The notes: generated by a model not told the origin, from the letters alone. DNA of 64,000 bases from an uncultured delta proteobacterium (GCA_963727625.1 CAVSHR010000011.1:1-64000); one strand, 5' to 3'; numbered from the stretch's first letter, positions 39,549 to 49,512 are shown. Made by a program: numbers and translations.

Positions 39549-40547
39549 CTATTTAATTTTCAGCAATCTTTTGGCATTGCCTTCGAGCATGAGCAGCTTG
39601 TCGGTTTCGGAAATATCGAGCTGCTCGACTTTCTTCGCCGCGTCCCAATCGCCCAGGCTGTAAGGGTAATCGGTGCCGACCATGATGTGCTCGACGCCGC
39701 CCAGGCCGATCAAATATTTGATCGTGTCGAGGCGGTAGATCATGTCGTCGTAATAGATATTTTTAAGATAAGCGCTCGGCGCCATCTTGGCCTTGGCCGC
39801 ACGCGCCCCGGCGCGCACCTCCCAGCCGCGGTCAAAGCGGCCGAGGTGATAGGGGAAAAAACCGCCGCCGTGGAGAATGCACAGCTTCATGTTGGGGAAG
39901 CGGTCAAAAACGCCGCTGTAAGTTAAGTAGCCGAAACAGAGCGCGCTGTCGGCGGGGTTGCCGCAGATCAACTTCAGCCCGTAGGGATTCATTTTGTCGG
40001 CGCCGGCGACGTCCTCGGGATGCATGACGATCATCACGTCGAGCTCCTGCGCCTTGGCCCAGAAGGGATCGAACTCCTCGGTGCCGTAGTACTTGCCGTT
40101 GACGTTGGTGCCGATGTAGCCGCCGCAAAACTTCAAATCGCGCACCGCGCGTTCCAGAACTTTGGCGGCGCGCGCCGGGTCTTGCAGCGGCACCGACGCC
40201 ATGCCGACGAAGCGATCGGGGTAGCGCTTGACCAGATCGGCGATCCCTTCGTTGTAGACATTGCACCAGTTCTCGCCCTGTTCGCCGGTGAGCCGATAAC
40301 CTAGCGTCGCCGTGTGCGCCTCGAGCGCGGCCATGGCAAGCTTCGAATCGGCCATCATCTTGAGCCGCTCGTCAATGGCCGGCAGCTCCGGGTGAAGGAC
40401 AAAGGGCGGGCCGCCGGCGAAGGAGAGCGACTTCTGGCCGTCCTTTTCGATCAGCTCGACGCCCAGGTGCTTGCCGTTCTTTTTCGCTTCCTCGAGCAGG
40501 CTGTTGGGCACGTAATGGTGGTGCACATCGATGGCACAAGCGTTCAT
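39549..40547 (-). CDS. Amidohydrolase_2 family protein (ACMSD-like decarboxylase/hydratase)
   Basis: IDVHHH, VMHP, GVFDRFP, HGGGFFPY..GR, MVGTDYPY; start MNACAID. Confidence 0.9.
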   Translation of the reverse strand: MNACAIDVHHHYVPNSLLEEAKKNGKHLGVELIEKDGQKSLSFAGGPPFVLHPELPAIDERLKMMADSKLAMAALEAHTATLGYRLTGEQGENWCNVYNEGIADLVKRYPDRFVGMASVPLQDPARAAKVLERAVRDLKFCGGYIGTNVNGKYYGTEEFDPFWAKAQELDVMIVMHPEDVAGADKMNPYGLKLICGNPADSALCFGYLTYSGVFDRFPNMKLCILHGGGFFPYHLGRFDRGWEVRAGARAAKAKMAPSAYLKNIYYDDMIYRLDTIKYLIGLGGVEHIMVGTDYPYSLGDWDAAKKVEQLDISETDKLLMLEGNAKRLLKIK

Positions 40548-40604
40548 GGCAAATCGGTTCCTTTTCTTGGATTCATTCTTGAGAACTGCTAACTGACTTT
40601 GGCT

Positions 40605-40645
40605 CTCACCCCGACCCTCTCCCAGAGGGAGAGGGTTGGGGATGA
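40605..40645. repeat. REP-like hairpin (CCCTCTCCC..GGGAGAGGG class)
   Basis: TCACCCCGACCCTCTCCC-AGA-GGGAGAGGGTTGGGGATGA in the intergenic gap. Confidence 0.75.
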
Positions 40646-40674
40646 ACCGGCGAGAGAGCGAATGTGAAGCAACG

Positions 40675-42342
40675 TCAATGCGGCATGCACAACTGCTGGC
40701 GGCGCACTTTGCCTGGGAAGACTTCGTTGCAATGACCGTCTTCGACCACTGTGGCACCGTTTACGACCACGGCTTTTATGCCCGGAGGATGGCGCATGAC
40801 TTCTTGCGCATCGACCATGTCGGGAAGCTTTTTGCTGACGAGATCGTCGATTTTGTCGGCATCGAAGATCGTCACGTCGGCCGGCATCCCTTCCCTGAGC
40901 ACACCGCGGTTGAGGTGCAACTTCTGCGCCGGGTAGCCGGTCAATTTCTGGACGGCTTTTTCCAGGCTGAACAATTTCTTCTCGCGCGTCCAATAGCCGA
41001 GCACTTTGGTCGGCGCGCCATGCCAGAAAAAGCGGTCGAGATGAGCGCCGACATCCGTGCCGATCAGGCTGGTGTCCGACTTGATCATTTCCGCCAGCAG
41101 CTCGGGATGGGCGTTGGCGAGGCCATGATAGCAAATTGCCGAATTCAGATTATCCTCGAGCCAAGTGTCGAAGAAAGCATCGACCGGAGCCTTCTCGGTG
41201 ATCCGGGCGATTTCTTCGACGTTCTTCAGCTCGAGCTTTTTCAATTCCGGCTTTTCGAGATGCTCGAAGACCACGCGGTCCCAGCCATGCCATTCGGGAA
41301 ATTCGAGCTTGCCCTGGCAGGCGATGCGCTCCTGCTCGATTTTTCTGCGGATGTCTTTGTCGCGGAGCTTCGCTTTTAAATCGGACGAGTTTTTGATCGC
41401 TTCCCAAGTCGGCAGGCCATTAAACAGGAAGCAGTCGTCCAAGTTGAAGCGGCGAATATGCTGGTAGGGGATGACGACGCCGTAAAGTTCCTGGCCGCGT
41501 TTCTGCGCTTCTTCCATGTATTGGATCGATTTCATGCCCATCGCTTTCGCGCCCGGGCGCACGCGGAACTCGTTGCCGATTTGCAGCGTCTTGATTTTTG
41601 TCAACATCTCCGGCACGCCGGAATCCGGCTGGAGAATCATCTGAAAACCGTTGAATTGAAAGCATCCGCCATACTCGGCGGCAACGTTGGCGAGGTCGAT
41701 GATTTCTTCGTGCTCGGCAAAGGTGCTCGGCGTGCCGGCATGAATCGCCGGTCCGCCGCGCGGGCTGGTGGAAAAGCCTATAGCACCGAGCTCCATGCCT
41801 TCGCGCACCATTTTCTTCATCGCATCGAGCTCCTCGGGTTTGGCGGCGCGTCCGTAGGCGTCCTCGCCCATGACGGTCAAGCGTACCGGAGAGTGCGGCA
41901 TCAGCGGCAACACGTTGATGGCGACCTTGCCTTCGAGATAATTCAAATACTCGGCGAAGGTATTCCACCTCCAGTCTTTGTCGTCGACGTACTTGTCCAA
42001 AACTCGCCGCAGGTATTGAACCAAGACCTGGCGCGGCTCGGGCTTGGGCGGCACCGGCGCGCAGGACGCGCCGCAGTCGCCGATCACGATGCTGGTCACG
42101 CCGTAATTTACCACAGGGTTGCCGTTGGGATATTGCACGACAAACGCGTCCATGTGCGTGTGCGAGTCAATGAAGCCCGGCGCTACGACATGTCCTTTGG
42201 CGTCGATCTCTTTCTTCCCCGTTCCTAAATTTTTGCCGATGGCCGAAATATTCTCGCCATCGATCGCCACGTCAGCCGCGAAGGCCGGGCTACCCGTGCC
42301 GTCGATGACCGTACCGTTCTTGATCACCAAATCGTGAGCCAT
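40675..42342 (-). CDS. N-acyl-D-amino-acid deacylase family amidohydrolase
   Basis: DLVIKNGTVIDGTG, APGFIDSHTHMD, GVTSIVIGDCG, GTDVGAH, VVVNG. Confidence 0.88.
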   Translation of the reverse strand: MAHDLVIKNGTVIDGTGSPAFAADVAIDGENISAIGKNLGTGKKEIDAKGHVVAPGFIDSHTHMDAFVVQYPNGNPVVNYGVTSIVIGDCGASCAPVPPKPEPRQVLVQYLRRVLDKYVDDKDWRWNTFAEYLNYLEGKVAINVLPLMPHSPVRLTVMGEDAYGRAAKPEELDAMKKMVREGMELGAIGFSTSPRGGPAIHAGTPSTFAEHEEIIDLANVAAEYGGCFQFNGFQMILQPDSGVPEMLTKIKTLQIGNEFRVRPGAKAMGMKSIQYMEEAQKRGQELYGVVIPYQHIRRFNLDDCFLFNGLPTWEAIKNSSDLKAKLRDKDIRRKIEQERIACQGKLEFPEWHGWDRVVFEHLEKPELKKLELKNVEEIARITEKAPVDAFFDTWLEDNLNSAICYHGLANAHPELLAEMIKSDTSLIGTDVGAHLDRFFWHGAPTKVLGYWTREKKLFSLEKAVQKLTGYPAQKLHLNRGVLREGMPADVTIFDADKIDDLVSKKLPDMVDAQEVMRHPPGIKAVVVNGATVVEDGHCNEVFPGKVRRQQLCMPH

Positions 42343-42600
42343 AACTGGGTCTCCTCCCTCTGGACGGTCAAATTAATTGCTTATCCCACCGAAACGGTTG
42401 GGCTGTCAACCGACGGGGGGAAGTTTTGGATTTTGGTCTAGAGTTTTCAGTCGTAAAAGTAGGTGTTTGGGCGGTTCTTGATGGTTTGAGACTGGTTTTG
42501 ACGACAGCCAATAGCGGAACTATAAAGACCGTTTGCCGGGATTTAGCCCGCGCCCCGAGGCTCTAGACTCAAAACAAACGCGCTCTGTTGTAGAGAAGGA

Positions 42601-44101
42601 TCAAACCGCGTCTTCCGGGCGCTCGTACTTGGCCTTACCCAGGCGTTCTTTGATCGTTGGGTAGGCGACCGTGAAGATCGTCAACGCGATCAGACCCATG
42701 ACCGTCTTGAAGGTCAACCATTTGGCGCCATAAGCGGCGGTAGATATCCAAAGGTAACTCTCGGCGATTCTTGCCAAGGGTCAGACCAAGGATTAGCGGC
42801 GGCCGCGGCCAGCCGAACTTGACCATGCAAAAGCCGATAAACCCGAACAGCAGCGTGGCAATGACGTCGTTGAGGTCGTTATTTGCCGTGAACGAACCGA
42901 TAAAAACCAAAAACATCAAAAACGGGATGAGCAATGTGCCGCGGATAAATGTGAGGGCCGCGAGATGATTGAGGATCAAAAAGCACAGCGCTGCGACAAT
43001 GATGTTGGAAATGATCAACACCCAAACCATGGAGAAGGTCACATCGAGCCGGGATTTGAGCATCTCGGGGCCCGGATTGAGACCCACGATCAACATGGCG
43101 CCGAGCAGCAACGCCATACTGCCGCTGCCTGGGATGCCGAAGGCGAGGGTTGGAATCAGATCGCCGCCGCGAGTCGAATTATTCGCCGCGCCGGGGCCAA
43201 GCAGTCCTTCGACCGCGCCTTTGCCAGCGCGGGATTTGTCCTTCAAACCTTGGACTGCATGGGCATAGGAAATCCACTGGGCGACGTTGGCCCCGAGGAC
43301 TGGCAGTACGCCAAAGTATACGCCGATTAGGCTACAGCGCACGACCAGCCAGAAATGGCGAAAGGTGTCTTTAACGCCTTCCATGACCCCGGTGAGCTTT
43401 TCCTGCTTAGCGCTGGCGATGCTGGTACCGCGGACCGCGAGATCGACGATCTCGGGAATCGCGAACAGGCCGACGACCACCGGGACCAAGTCCAAACGGT
43501 CCCAAAGATATAGGCTGCCGAAGGTGTAGCGCAAAGAGCCGGTTTGAGGATCGACGCCGATAGCCGCCAACATCAGACCGATGCCGCCGGCGAGAAGTCC
43601 CTTGATCAAGGATGTTCCGGCTAACGTGCCGATGAAGGTGATGCCCATGATCGCGATGATAAATAGCTCGGGAGATCCAAACAGGAGCACCAGCGGACGC
43701 ATAATCGGAATTGAAATTGCCAGAGAGAACGCGCCAACCAGCGCACCCACGACCGAGGCGGTAATCGCGGCGCCAAGGGCGCGGCCGGCCTCGCCGTTTT
43801 TGGACATGGGATAACCGTCAAGTATCAAGGCGGCTGAGGACCCCTCCCCGGGGATCCCGAAAAGAATCGAGGTCAAATCGCCGGTGGTCCCTGTCACGGC
43901 GAGCATGCCGAGCAGAAACGCAAATGCAGAGATGGGGTCTTTGATGTTGTAGGAAAACGGCAGCATCAAGGCGAGTGTCGCCAAACCGCCGATACCGGGG
44001 AGGAGACCCACCCAAAAGCCAATCGCGATGCCGATGAGCATGTAACCGAAGGCCGGCCACGCCAGCACTTTCCAAAATCCTATGATAAATGCCTCGAGCA
44101 T
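42601..44101 (-). CDS. tctA: Tripartite tricarboxylate transporter large subunit TctA, with a +1 frameshift near 42769
   Basis: VGLLPGIGG, ILFGIPGE, DGYPM, AANNS, IPTLAFGIPGS, WPRPPLILG; natural C-terminus IAESYLWISTAAYG... lies in another frame ending TGA at 42601. Confidence 0.85.
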
Positions 44102-44489
44102 GGGCGTTTCCTCGACTAATTTATCCCCGGCGGACGATGGTCATTAGCGCATATTCGACCATGCGTCAACAATATTTGCCGCAGAATAGATTGTGCTTTT
44201 CGGTGAAGTTTCACGGCGTTCGCGCGTCGAGGCCCGCGGGGCTACTTGCGCAGTATCCGTTTCAATGCAGCAGCGACATCGGGCGGTTGATCGACAACTT
44301 CTTTGGCGCGTGCATCCTATTCATCGCCGGCGGCCCTCGCTTGGTCTTTTCCCCAAGATCTTTGTGGGGCTGCAGCTAGGCACAGCGGGTTGAGCCGAAT
44401 TGAACCCACCGGCATGAAGCGATCGGGGGTTTTGAGCAGCGGTGGGTTCACGAACGTACGGCAGGTGGGAGATGACGGCGGCTTGGCGA

Positions 44490-44978
44490 TCAAGTCAATC
44501 CGAGCCAGGTAATGACCATCCCTTCCGGGAACGGCAACGTGAGCAACTTAACGAATAAACCATAAAAGAATATCCAAGCGATTAGAGTCAGCGAAATTGA
44601 TAGAACCCACGGCTCCCCGCCCTGGAACTTTAAATAGGCGAACATCATGAGCGGAATGGCAATCGGAAAGCCGAGCAGGACGATCAGCGCAAAAAAGCCA
44701 ACCAGCCATGAAAACATGACGATGGCCCGCTTCTTGGCGGTTACCGGGTCGACATCTTTGGTAAACTGAAAATCCATAGGCGTTGCATCGGCCGATTGTT
44801 TAGCTTTGACGCCTTTCAGATCTAGAATGACTTGAACGAAGGCGAGAATCACCATCGGAATACCGATCGCCCACGGAAAGAGTCGCGCCTGGAGGCGCCA
44901 GTCCCGCGCCAGATAGACGAAGACGCAGAAAAAAACGAAAGCACAAAGGCTAAATAAAGCTGCCGGTGTGATTTTCAA
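44490..44978 (-). CDS. tctB: Tripartite tricarboxylate transporter small subunit TctB
   Basis: ARLFPWAIG, four TM helices, C-terminal LFVKLLTLPFPEG; TTG start after AAGGAG. Confidence 0.8.
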   Translation of the reverse strand: MKITPAALFSLCAFVFFCVFVYLARDWRLQARLFPWAIGIPMVILAFVQVILDLKGVKAKQSADATPMDFQFTKDVDPVTAKKRAIVMFSWLVGFFALIVLLGFPIAIPLMMFAYLKFQGGEPWVLSISLTLIAWIFFYGLFVKLLTLPFPEGMVITWLGLT

Positions 44979-45297
44979 CGCGAACTCCTTTCGAGTGACC
45001 AGCCGCTGAGGCCGCCTCCGTACGCCTCGACTTCCCGGCCCTGGAACGGCGGAATCTAGCAAACGTCATCCGGCTCGTCCGTCGCTCGGATCGCGCGTCG
45101 CAAACAAGCCAGCCGCCCGGCGTACGCCGCGGCCCTTATCGTCGGCAGCGCTTCGCTTAGCACAGAGTCGATCGGCCGGTCAACTTGTTCGCGGCTTTTC
45201 TTGCCGAGGCGAGGTGTGATAAGTGGAGCTTGATTCGATCCGCCGGAGCCATGGCCGAACCCCGGCTGGGCTCATGAACCAAAGAAGGTGGGCGTCC

Positions 45298-46494
45298 ATG
45301 GAGTATCGCCTCTCAACTGATGAAGAAAATCTGCGTAGAGTCGTCGAGGAGTTCGTTCGCGCCGAGCTCATTCCCTTAGAGCGGGATTTCGCCGACGCGC
45401 CGGATATCTTCGAAGGCAGCCGTTGGAGGAGCCGGGTGAAATCGAGCCAAGACCCGGAGATCCAACGCTATCTGGGGATTATGGGCGAGCTCGAAACGAA
45501 GGCCGAAACCCAGGGGCTTTGGCATCTCGATGTGCCGAAGGAGTTCGGCGGCGCGCAGGTCAGCAACGTCGCCATGATCGCGGTTACCGAGGAATTGGAA
45601 AAGAGCTCGATTCCCTTCGAGTTCGGCAACCACGTCTCGAATATCCTTTATAACTGCAAGGGCGAGCAAATCGACAAATATCTCTGGCCCTGCATTCGCG
45701 GTGATAAGACCTCCGCCTTCGGTTTGAGCGAGCCGGCGTCGGGAGCGGACCCGTCTATGATGCAAACGACGGCGAGCCCCGACGGCGATTGCTTTGTCAT
45801 CAACGGCACGAAGATGTTTCCGACCTTTGCCGACGTCGCTGATTTCGTCCAGCTCTTCGCTCGCTTACCTGGCACCTCCGGGCGCGACGGGATCACTTGT
45901 TTTCTTATCGATACCGGCACGCCGGGCTATAAAGTGGCGCGCAGCGTCGCCACCATCGCCGGCACCGAGCCCTGCGAGTTGGTTTTCGAAGATTGCCGCG
46001 TGGACAAAGCGCAAGTGCTCGGCGAAGTCGGCAAGGGCTGGGCGCTCAATCAGGCCTGGCTCGGCGCCAGGCGGTTTCAAGTAGGCATCCGCGCCCATGG
46101 AAAATCACTGCGTGTGCTCCGCGTCGTGCGGGATTTGCTGAGACACGATTCAAAAGAAGCAGAAAAATTCGTCGAGAGAATAGGCTGTTTCCTGGGCGAG
46201 CTCGATGCTCTGCGGGCCCTGACCTATCTCGGCGCGTGGAAAGCTGATGAGAAAATGGACGTGCGCGCGGAGGCGGCGAACGTGAAATTATCCGCCACCG
46301 AGCTTTTGCATGAGGTCATCGACTTCGCGCTGGAGGTCGCCGGGCCGTCGGGACTGCGCAAAAATCACGTGCTCGCGCGAGCCTTTCGCCACGCAAGATC
46401 AACAAGGATTGTCGAAGGGCCGTCGGAGATCCAGCGCCACATCATTCAGCGCGGATTGTTTCGCGACGGTGTTGCTGCTTTGGAGTTGTCATGA
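45298..46494 (+). CDS. Acyl-CoA dehydrogenase family protein (catalytic half-subunit)
   Basis: LSEPASGADP, INGTKMF, RIVEGPSEIQR retained; RxxFG and QxHGG motifs absent; start MEYRLS. Confidence 0.88.
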   Translation: MEYRLSTDEENLRRVVEEFVRAELIPLERDFADAPDIFEGSRWRSRVKSSQDPEIQRYLGIMGELETKAETQGLWHLDVPKEFGGAQVSNVAMIAVTEELEKSSIPFEFGNHVSNILYNCKGEQIDKYLWPCIRGDKTSAFGLSEPASGADPSMMQTTASPDGDCFVINGTKMFPTFADVADFVQLFARLPGTSGRDGITCFLIDTGTPGYKVARSVATIAGTEPCELVFEDCRVDKAQVLGEVGKGWALNQAWLGARRFQVGIRAHGKSLRVLRVVRDLLRHDSKEAEKFVERIGCFLGELDALRALTYLGAWKADEKMDVRAEAANVKLSATELLHEVIDFALEVAGPSGLRKNHVLARAFRHARSTRIVEGPSEIQRHIIQRGLFRDGVAALELS

Positions 46495-46583
46495 ATCGGC
46501 TGGGGGCGAAAGCCGCGAGGCACGATTGTAATCCTTTTCATTCTCATACCTCGGGCGCCGCGCTTCATGCTTAGATTAACTCT

Positions 46584-47705
46584 ATGGACCTTAAGCTCAC
46601 CGAAGAAGAGAAACTGATCAAGGAGACGGCCGCGCAATTCGTCGCGCGCGAATTGATTGCCCGCGAAGGCGAGTATCTCAAGCAGCGAGCGCCGTTTCTC
46701 CCACCCGGCGCGCCGTCGCGCCGCGAGCTCGATCCCGACTTGAGGGACAAACTCAAGGCAAGCGCGCGGCAGCTCGGATTGTGGACGCTCGAGTTGCCGG
46801 AACGTTTCGGCGGCTCAGCGCTGAGCGCCGTCGCTCAAGTGCTGATTCACCGCGAGTTCGGCCGCTCGATTTTGCCTTTTCGGCCGGTTTCGATCCCGGG
46901 CTTTATGTTCGAGAGCAACTACGGCGAACGTCTGGCGGACGGCACTGTGAGCCTAGAACTGGCCTTCGAAGAAGCGCACAAGACCGGCGAACTAAGCCGT
47001 CTGCAGACCCTTTATCGCCAGGAGCCGGACGGATCGATTCTACGAGATTCGTCGATTTTCGTCTCCAATTCCCGCGCCGACCTGTTCTTGGTGCCGGCGC
47101 GGGAGCAAGGCACGCAGCGCTTGGGGCTGTTTGCGCTGGAGCGAGAGGCCCCGGGAGTCACCGTCACCGACGAAGTCGATCTTACCACCGACGGGACGGA
47201 GGCGCGGCTCATGCTGCGGCAATGCAAAATTCCCAACGAGCAACTGCTGGGTTACGAATACGAAGCAGGCGCAGCGATCGCCGCCAAGCAACTGAATATC
47301 GCGGCGCGCTCTTTGGGGATCGGCCTGCGCTGCCTGGCGAGTTCGATTGACCACGCGCGCAACCGCGTCACGTTCGGCCGCCCGCTGGCGCAGCGCCAGG
47401 CGATCCAGTGGATGTTGGCCGACTTGTCCATCGATATTCGAACCTGCACTTGGCTCACCCTCGAAGCGGCCTGGCGTTGCGACAACGATCTGCCCTACTT
47501 CGAAGAAGCCGCCCTGGCAAAAAAACGCTCGGCGAAGATGGCCTTTCAAGCGGCCGATGTGGCGGTTCAGATTCACGGCGGCTACGGGGTGTGCAAGGAA
47601 TTTCCATTTGAAGGATTTTACCGGGAAGCGCGTTTGCTGCGCCTGCTCTACGGCCGGGAAGACGAGTTGGATCGAGCGGTGGGGAAAAGATTTTTAGAGG
47701 AATGA
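46584..47705 (+). CDS. Acyl-CoA dehydrogenase family protein (complementary non-catalytic half-subunit)
   Basis: RVTFGRPLAQRQAIQ and QIHGGYG retained; TEPxxGSD and C-terminal EG absent. Confidence 0.85.
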   Translation: MDLKLTEEEKLIKETAAQFVARELIAREGEYLKQRAPFLPPGAPSRRELDPDLRDKLKASARQLGLWTLELPERFGGSALSAVAQVLIHREFGRSILPFRPVSIPGFMFESNYGERLADGTVSLELAFEEAHKTGELSRLQTLYRQEPDGSILRDSSIFVSNSRADLFLVPAREQGTQRLGLFALEREAPGVTVTDEVDLTTDGTEARLMLRQCKIPNEQLLGYEYEAGAAIAAKQLNIAARSLGIGLRCLASSIDHARNRVTFGRPLAQRQAIQWMLADLSIDIRTCTWLTLEAAWRCDNDLPYFEEAALAKKRSAKMAFQAADVAVQIHGGYGVCKEFPFEGFYREARLLRLLYGREDELDRAVGKRFLEE

Positions 47706-47773
47706 GGCGCGAGGCGTGAGGGGGGCCGGAGAAATTCGCTTTCCTCGCGCCTTCAACCTCGCGCCTCGTGCCT
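47704..47773. repeat. 7-bp periodic inverted-repeat element
   Basis: GAGGCGC GAGGCGT GAGGGGG ... CCTCGCG CCTTCAA CCTCGCG CCTCGTG CCT; left arm overlaps the TGA stop. Confidence 0.8.
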
Positions 47774-47793
47774 GCGACTAATAAGGAGCGCTG

Positions 47794-48945
47794 ATGCGAC
47801 GGAAGAAAGTTTGTTTTGTCGGTTACGGATCGACGGAGTATTCGCGCAAATCGGACGCGTCGGCGCTCTGGTACTATGCTGAGGCGATTCGCGACGCGCT
47901 GCGCCAAACCGGGCTTAAGAAAAACGACATTCGGGGCTTTTCGATTACGACCCAGGCGAGCCCGGACTATTCGCCGCATGTGGCCGAGCAGCTGGGTTTG
48001 GAAGTCGATTGGGTGCTCAACGGCGATTACGGCGGTGCGGGTGGGGTGATGAGCGTCAGGCGCGCGGCTGATGCCATCGAATGCGGGCATCTCGATGTCG
48101 CAGTCTTGGTCGGCGGCAATTCTTTCGACAGGAGCATGCCCACCCAGCGTCAGCTGGAATACCAGCGCGGCAACTTCATCGATGTCTTCGGTTACGGCGG
48201 GCCTAATTCGCTGATGGCGCTGATTCAACGGCTGCACATGGAGCAGTACGGCACGACGCTGGAGCAGATCGGCAAGATCGCCATCGCCCAGCGCGACAAC
48301 GCGATCAACAATCCGCAGGCGCTTTTTCGCGCGCCGATGACGATGCAGGATTATCTGAATTCACGGATGATTTCCGACCCGATCCGGCTATTCGACTGTG
48401 TCATGCCTTGCTCCGGAGCGGAATGCGTCATTCTCGCCTCCGAGGAGAAAGCCAAGCAGGTCACCGATAAACTGGTGTATCTCGTCACCGACGCCGAAAT
48501 CTCGCATTACCAGGTCGCCAACATGTTGCCCGACAAAACAACCTTCGGTCAGAAAGTCGTCGGCGAGCGTATTTTCAAAGAGGTGAAGCACGAGGATATC
48601 GATTTTGTAGAAATCTACGACGACTATCCGATCGCCGTCATGATTCAGATCGAGGACCTCGGTTTCTGCAAAAAAGGCGAAGGCGGCAAATTCGTCGATG
48701 CGCATGATTTGACTTACAAAGGCGATTTCCCGGTCAATACCGGCGGCGGCGAATTGTCCGTCGGGCAGGCCGGTCTGGCGGGCGGCTATCTTCATATCGT
48801 CGAAGCGCTGCGCCAACTTCGCGGCGAGGCGCAAGGAAACCAGGTTAAAAAAGCCGAGCGCGCGCTGGTTACCGGCATCGGCTGGCTTAACTATGGCCGC
48901 AACCTGGGCACGACGGCGGCGCTGGTTATGGAAAGGAGAAAGTAA
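47794..48945 (+). CDS. SCP2-thiolase-like (Ltp2-type) protein lacking the nucleophilic Cys
   Basis: VGYGSTEY, ISDPIRLFDC, EIYDDY, EDLGFCKKGEGG, VNTGGGELS, EALRQLRGEA; DYGGAGG at the CxSG position. Confidence 0.88.
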   Translation: MRRKKVCFVGYGSTEYSRKSDASALWYYAEAIRDALRQTGLKKNDIRGFSITTQASPDYSPHVAEQLGLEVDWVLNGDYGGAGGVMSVRRAADAIECGHLDVAVLVGGNSFDRSMPTQRQLEYQRGNFIDVFGYGGPNSLMALIQRLHMEQYGTTLEQIGKIAIAQRDNAINNPQALFRAPMTMQDYLNSRMISDPIRLFDCVMPCSGAECVILASEEKAKQVTDKLVYLVTDAEISHYQVANMLPDKTTFGQKVVGERIFKEVKHEDIDFVEIYDDYPIAVMIQIEDLGFCKKGEGGKFVDAHDLTYKGDFPVNTGGGELSVGQAGLAGGYLHIVEALRQLRGEAQGNQVKKAERALVTGIGWLNYGRNLGTTAALVMERRK

Positions 48946-49364
48946 TGGCTGACGCAAGCATACCGCAAAAAAGTTTGCCCAAGGTCAACAAAGTGGATCA
49001 GCCCTTTTGGGAAGGCGCTGCGGCCGGCAAATTCTTGCTGCAAAAATGCCGGGGCTGCGGCAAGGTGCAATTCTTCCCGCGGGTCGCCTGCGTCGACTGT
49101 TTCGGCGAATTGGACTGGATCGAAGCCAAGGGCACCGGCAAGATTCACAGCTTCACGTTGGTGCGAGTACCGCGCAATCCCGCCTTCAAAGACGAGGTGC
49201 CGATTTACTATATCAACGTCATTTTGGATGAAGGCGTGATCGTCGAAAGCAAGCTGGTCGGCGATAACAAAGAAAAGGTGAAGATGGGCGATCGGGTCAA
49301 GGCTGTATTCCAGCAAACCCATGATCCGTCAATCAAGTTGCCGTGTTTCGAGCTGGCGGGCTAG
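48945..49364 (+). CDS. DUF35 Zn-ribbon/OB-fold protein
   Basis: PFWEG, QKCRGCG..FFPRVACVDC, GKIHSFT, LDEG; TAATG overlap with the thiolase stop indicates translational coupling. Confidence 0.92.
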   Translation: MADASIPQKSLPKVNKVDQPFWEGAAAGKFLLQKCRGCGKVQFFPRVACVDCFGELDWIEAKGTGKIHSFTLVRVPRNPAFKDEVPIYYINVILDEGVIVESKLVGDNKEKVKMGDRVKAVFQQTHDPSIKLPCFELAG

Positions 49365-49367
49365 GAA

Positions 49368-49512
49368 TTTTGGATTGGCGATTTTGGATTTTGGATTATC
49401 GCGGATCACCCGGTAGAAACCGATTTGGTTCAAGTGCCGATTACGGGAGGCGAGATGAGAATGCAAATCAGTTATTTTAGGCGATCGAAAACGTAATCGT
49501 AAATGATAAAAA
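49368..49512. repeat. 7-bp periodic element with degenerate right arm
   Basis: TTTTGGA TTGGCGA TTTTGGA TTTTGGA just after the stop; weak AATCGTA AATGATA arm near 49495. Confidence 0.6.

Noticed and set aside
40548-40757. N-terminal extension of the amidohydrolase (PLPLGEGRGE)
   Set aside because: Translation through a REP-like hairpin and the upstream gene end; the HxH motif places the start at 40547
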